A stretch of DNA of 32,000 bases from Longivirga aurantiaca. GTDB taxonomy: Bacteria > Actinomycetota > Actinomycetes > S36-B12 > CAIYMF01. The notes below the pieces were generated by a model. The model ran no database searches. It had not been told where the DNA came from and saw nothing but the letters and a program-made list of their open reading frames with translations. Positions 30,604 through 32,000 of this stretch are shown here, in pieces; the stretch's first letter is position 1, and the number at the start of each line of letters is the position of its first letter. Location: assembly GCF_042660085.1 (NCBI RefSeq), contig NZ_JBHSTI010000008.1, forward strand, positions 750,001-782,000. Direction: 5' to 3'. The position numbers and the translations under genes are program-made.

Positions 30604-31836
30604 GTGGACATCTCCCGTGAGCTCGACGTCGTCGTCTTCGGTGCCAGCGGCTTCGTCGGCCGCCTGACGGCCGAGCACCTCGCCGCACATGCCCCCAGCG
30701 GCACGCGCATCGGCCTCTCCGGCCGCTCGCTCGAACGCCTCACGGAGGTGCGCGACTCGCTCGGCCCGGATGCCGCCGGCTGGCCGCTGATCGTCGCCGA
30801 CGTCGACGAGCCGGCGTCGCTGCGGGCGCTCGCCGCACGCACCCGCGTGCTCGCGACCACCGTCGGTCCCTACCTGAAGTACGGCCTCGGAGTCGTCGAG
30901 GCGTGCGCGTCGGCCGGCACCGACTACGTCGACCTCACCGGGGAGGTCCTGTTCGTCCGCGAGTCTCTCGACCACTGGGCCGACGTGGCCCGCGACTCCG
31001 GCGCGCGCATCGTGCACTCGTGCGGCTTCGACTCCATCCCGTCCGACCTGGGCGTCCTGCTGCTCGCCGAGGCGGCGCACGCCGACGGCGCCGGCACGCT
31101 CGAGGAGACCGTGCTGGTCGTGCGCTCGTTCGGCGGCGGGGTGAGCGGCGGCACGATCGACTCCGCGCGGACGATGGCGATGGCCGTCGCCGACGACCGC
31201 TCCCTGCTCAAGGTCCTCGGCGACCCGTACGCCCTCAGCCCCGACCGCGACGCCGAGCCCGACACCGCGCAGCCGTCCGACAACGCGCGCATCCGCCGCA
31301 GCGCCGGGCTGGGCACGTGGGTCGGCCCGTTCGTGATGGCGTCGTACAACACCCGCGTGGTGCGGATGTCCAACGCGCTGCAGGACTGGGCCTACGGCCG
31401 CACCTTCCGCTACGGCGAGGAGATGGCGTACGGCGGCGACGTGCTGGCCCCCGTCCGTGCGGCGGCGGTGAACGCCGGGCTGGCCGCGGGCGTGGCGGCC
31501 TTCGCGTTCGGGCCGACCCGCGCGGTCGTCGACCGCTTCCTGCCCAAGCCGGGCGAGGGGCCGAGCGAGGAGACGCGGATGAACGGCCACTTCAGCGTCG
31601 AGGTCCGCAGCCGTACGACCAGCGGGGCGACGTACGGCGCGGTCATCGCCGCCGACGGCGACCCCGGCTACCAGGCGACGTCGGTGATGCTCGGCGAGAG
31701 CGCGCTCGCGCTCGTGCACGACCGCGACCGTCTGCCCGACCGTGCGGGCGTGCTCACAGCGGCGTCGGGGATCGGCAGCGTGCTCGCGGAGCGCCTGCGC
31801 GCGCAGGGCTTCACGATCACGGTCCAGCGCATCTGA
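30604..31836 (+). CDS. Saccharopine dehydrogenase family / trans-acting enoyl reductase-like protein
   Basis: LDVVVFGASGFVGRLTAEHLAAHAPSGTRIGLSGRSLERL; YLKYGLGVVEACASAGTDYVDLTGEVLFVRES; SCGFDSIPSDLGVLLLAE. Confidence 0.9.
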   Translation: MDISRELDVVVFGASGFVGRLTAEHLAAHAPSGTRIGLSGRSLERLTEVRDSLGPDAAGWPLIVADVDEPASLRALAARTRVLATTVGPYLKYGLGVVEACASAGTDYVDLTGEVLFVRESLDHWADVARDSGARIVHSCGFDSIPSDLGVLLLAEAAHADGAGTLEETVLVVRSFGGGVSGGTIDSARTMAMAVADDRSLLKVLGDPYALSPDRDAEPDTAQPSDNARIRRSAGLGTWVGPFVMASYNTRVVRMSNALQDWAYGRTFRYGEEMAYGGDVLAPVRAAAVNAGLAAGVAAFAFGPTRAVVDRFLPKPGEGPSEETRMNGHFSVEVRSRTTSGATYGAVIAADGDPGYQATSVMLGESALALVHDRDRLPDRAGVLTAASGIGSVLAERLRAQGFTITVQRI

Positions 31837-31839
31837 CTC

Positions 31840-31889
31840 AGGCTGGATGCCAGATCCCGGGCCCCGTCCCGGAAACCGGCATCCAACCT
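31840..31889. terminator. Imperfect inverted repeat, probable bidirectional terminator between convergent genes
   Basis: AGGCTGGATGCC...GGCATCCAACCT arms (one mismatch or G-U) with an inner G/C-rich partly pairing region. Confidence 0.6.
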
Positions 31890-31894
31890 CGCAC

Positions 31895-32000
31895 CTACTG
31901 GAGCTGGCTCAGGAGGAACGCCGCGGCGAAGCCGGTCGTGGTCACGAGCCCGACGAGCCGGCCGCCGTTCTCGAAGGCCTCCGGCATCATCGTGTCGGCC
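31895..32000 (-). CDS. C-terminal end of putative ZIP-family metal transporter (truncated by window edge)
   Basis: Minus-strand reading ...ADTMMPEAFENGGRLVGLVTTTGFAAAFLLSQLQ* resembles the last TM helices of ZIP permeases. Confidence 0.55.
   Translation of the reverse strand, partial: ADTMMPEAFENGGRLVGLVTTTGFAAAFLLSQLQ

Overview
The window is a high-GC actinobacterial chromosome segment, probably Micrococcales/Cellulomonadaceae-like (inferred from composition and gene content; not tested). Most of it reads as conserved housekeeping and accessory metabolism. In order: 3' part of a urease alpha subunit; TetR regulator with a divergent 57-aa membrane ORF; thioredoxin-TPR protein; small lipoprotein; CDF transporter; agmatine-deiminase-family enzyme divergent from a translationally coupled pair of ATP-grasp proteins; HelD/HelR-type helicase; secreted Cys-containing protein; furA-katG; glycogen/GlgE locus (glgX, Tdi1-like immunity-domain protein, glgP divergent from glgE-glgB); enoyl-CoA hydratase; methyltransferase; GNAT; coupled acyltransferase-racemase-SRPBCC genes; OsmC; CPBP protease; saccharopine-dehydrogenase-like oxidoreductase; end of a putative ZIP transporter. 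I see no CRISPR array, phage, transposase or obvious defence island. The best candidate for an undescribed system is the tandem ATP-grasp pair with its divergent deiminase and a 17-bp palindrome in the shared promoter region. Others worth checking are the TetR/micro-ORF pair with a 16-bp operator, a urease alpha subunit whose flap cysteine is replaced, a 21-bp-arm perfect hairpin after the helicase gene, a 22-bp perfect palindrome upstream of an orphan lipoprotein, and 10-bp-phased GTNAC-like repeats between glgE and glgP.
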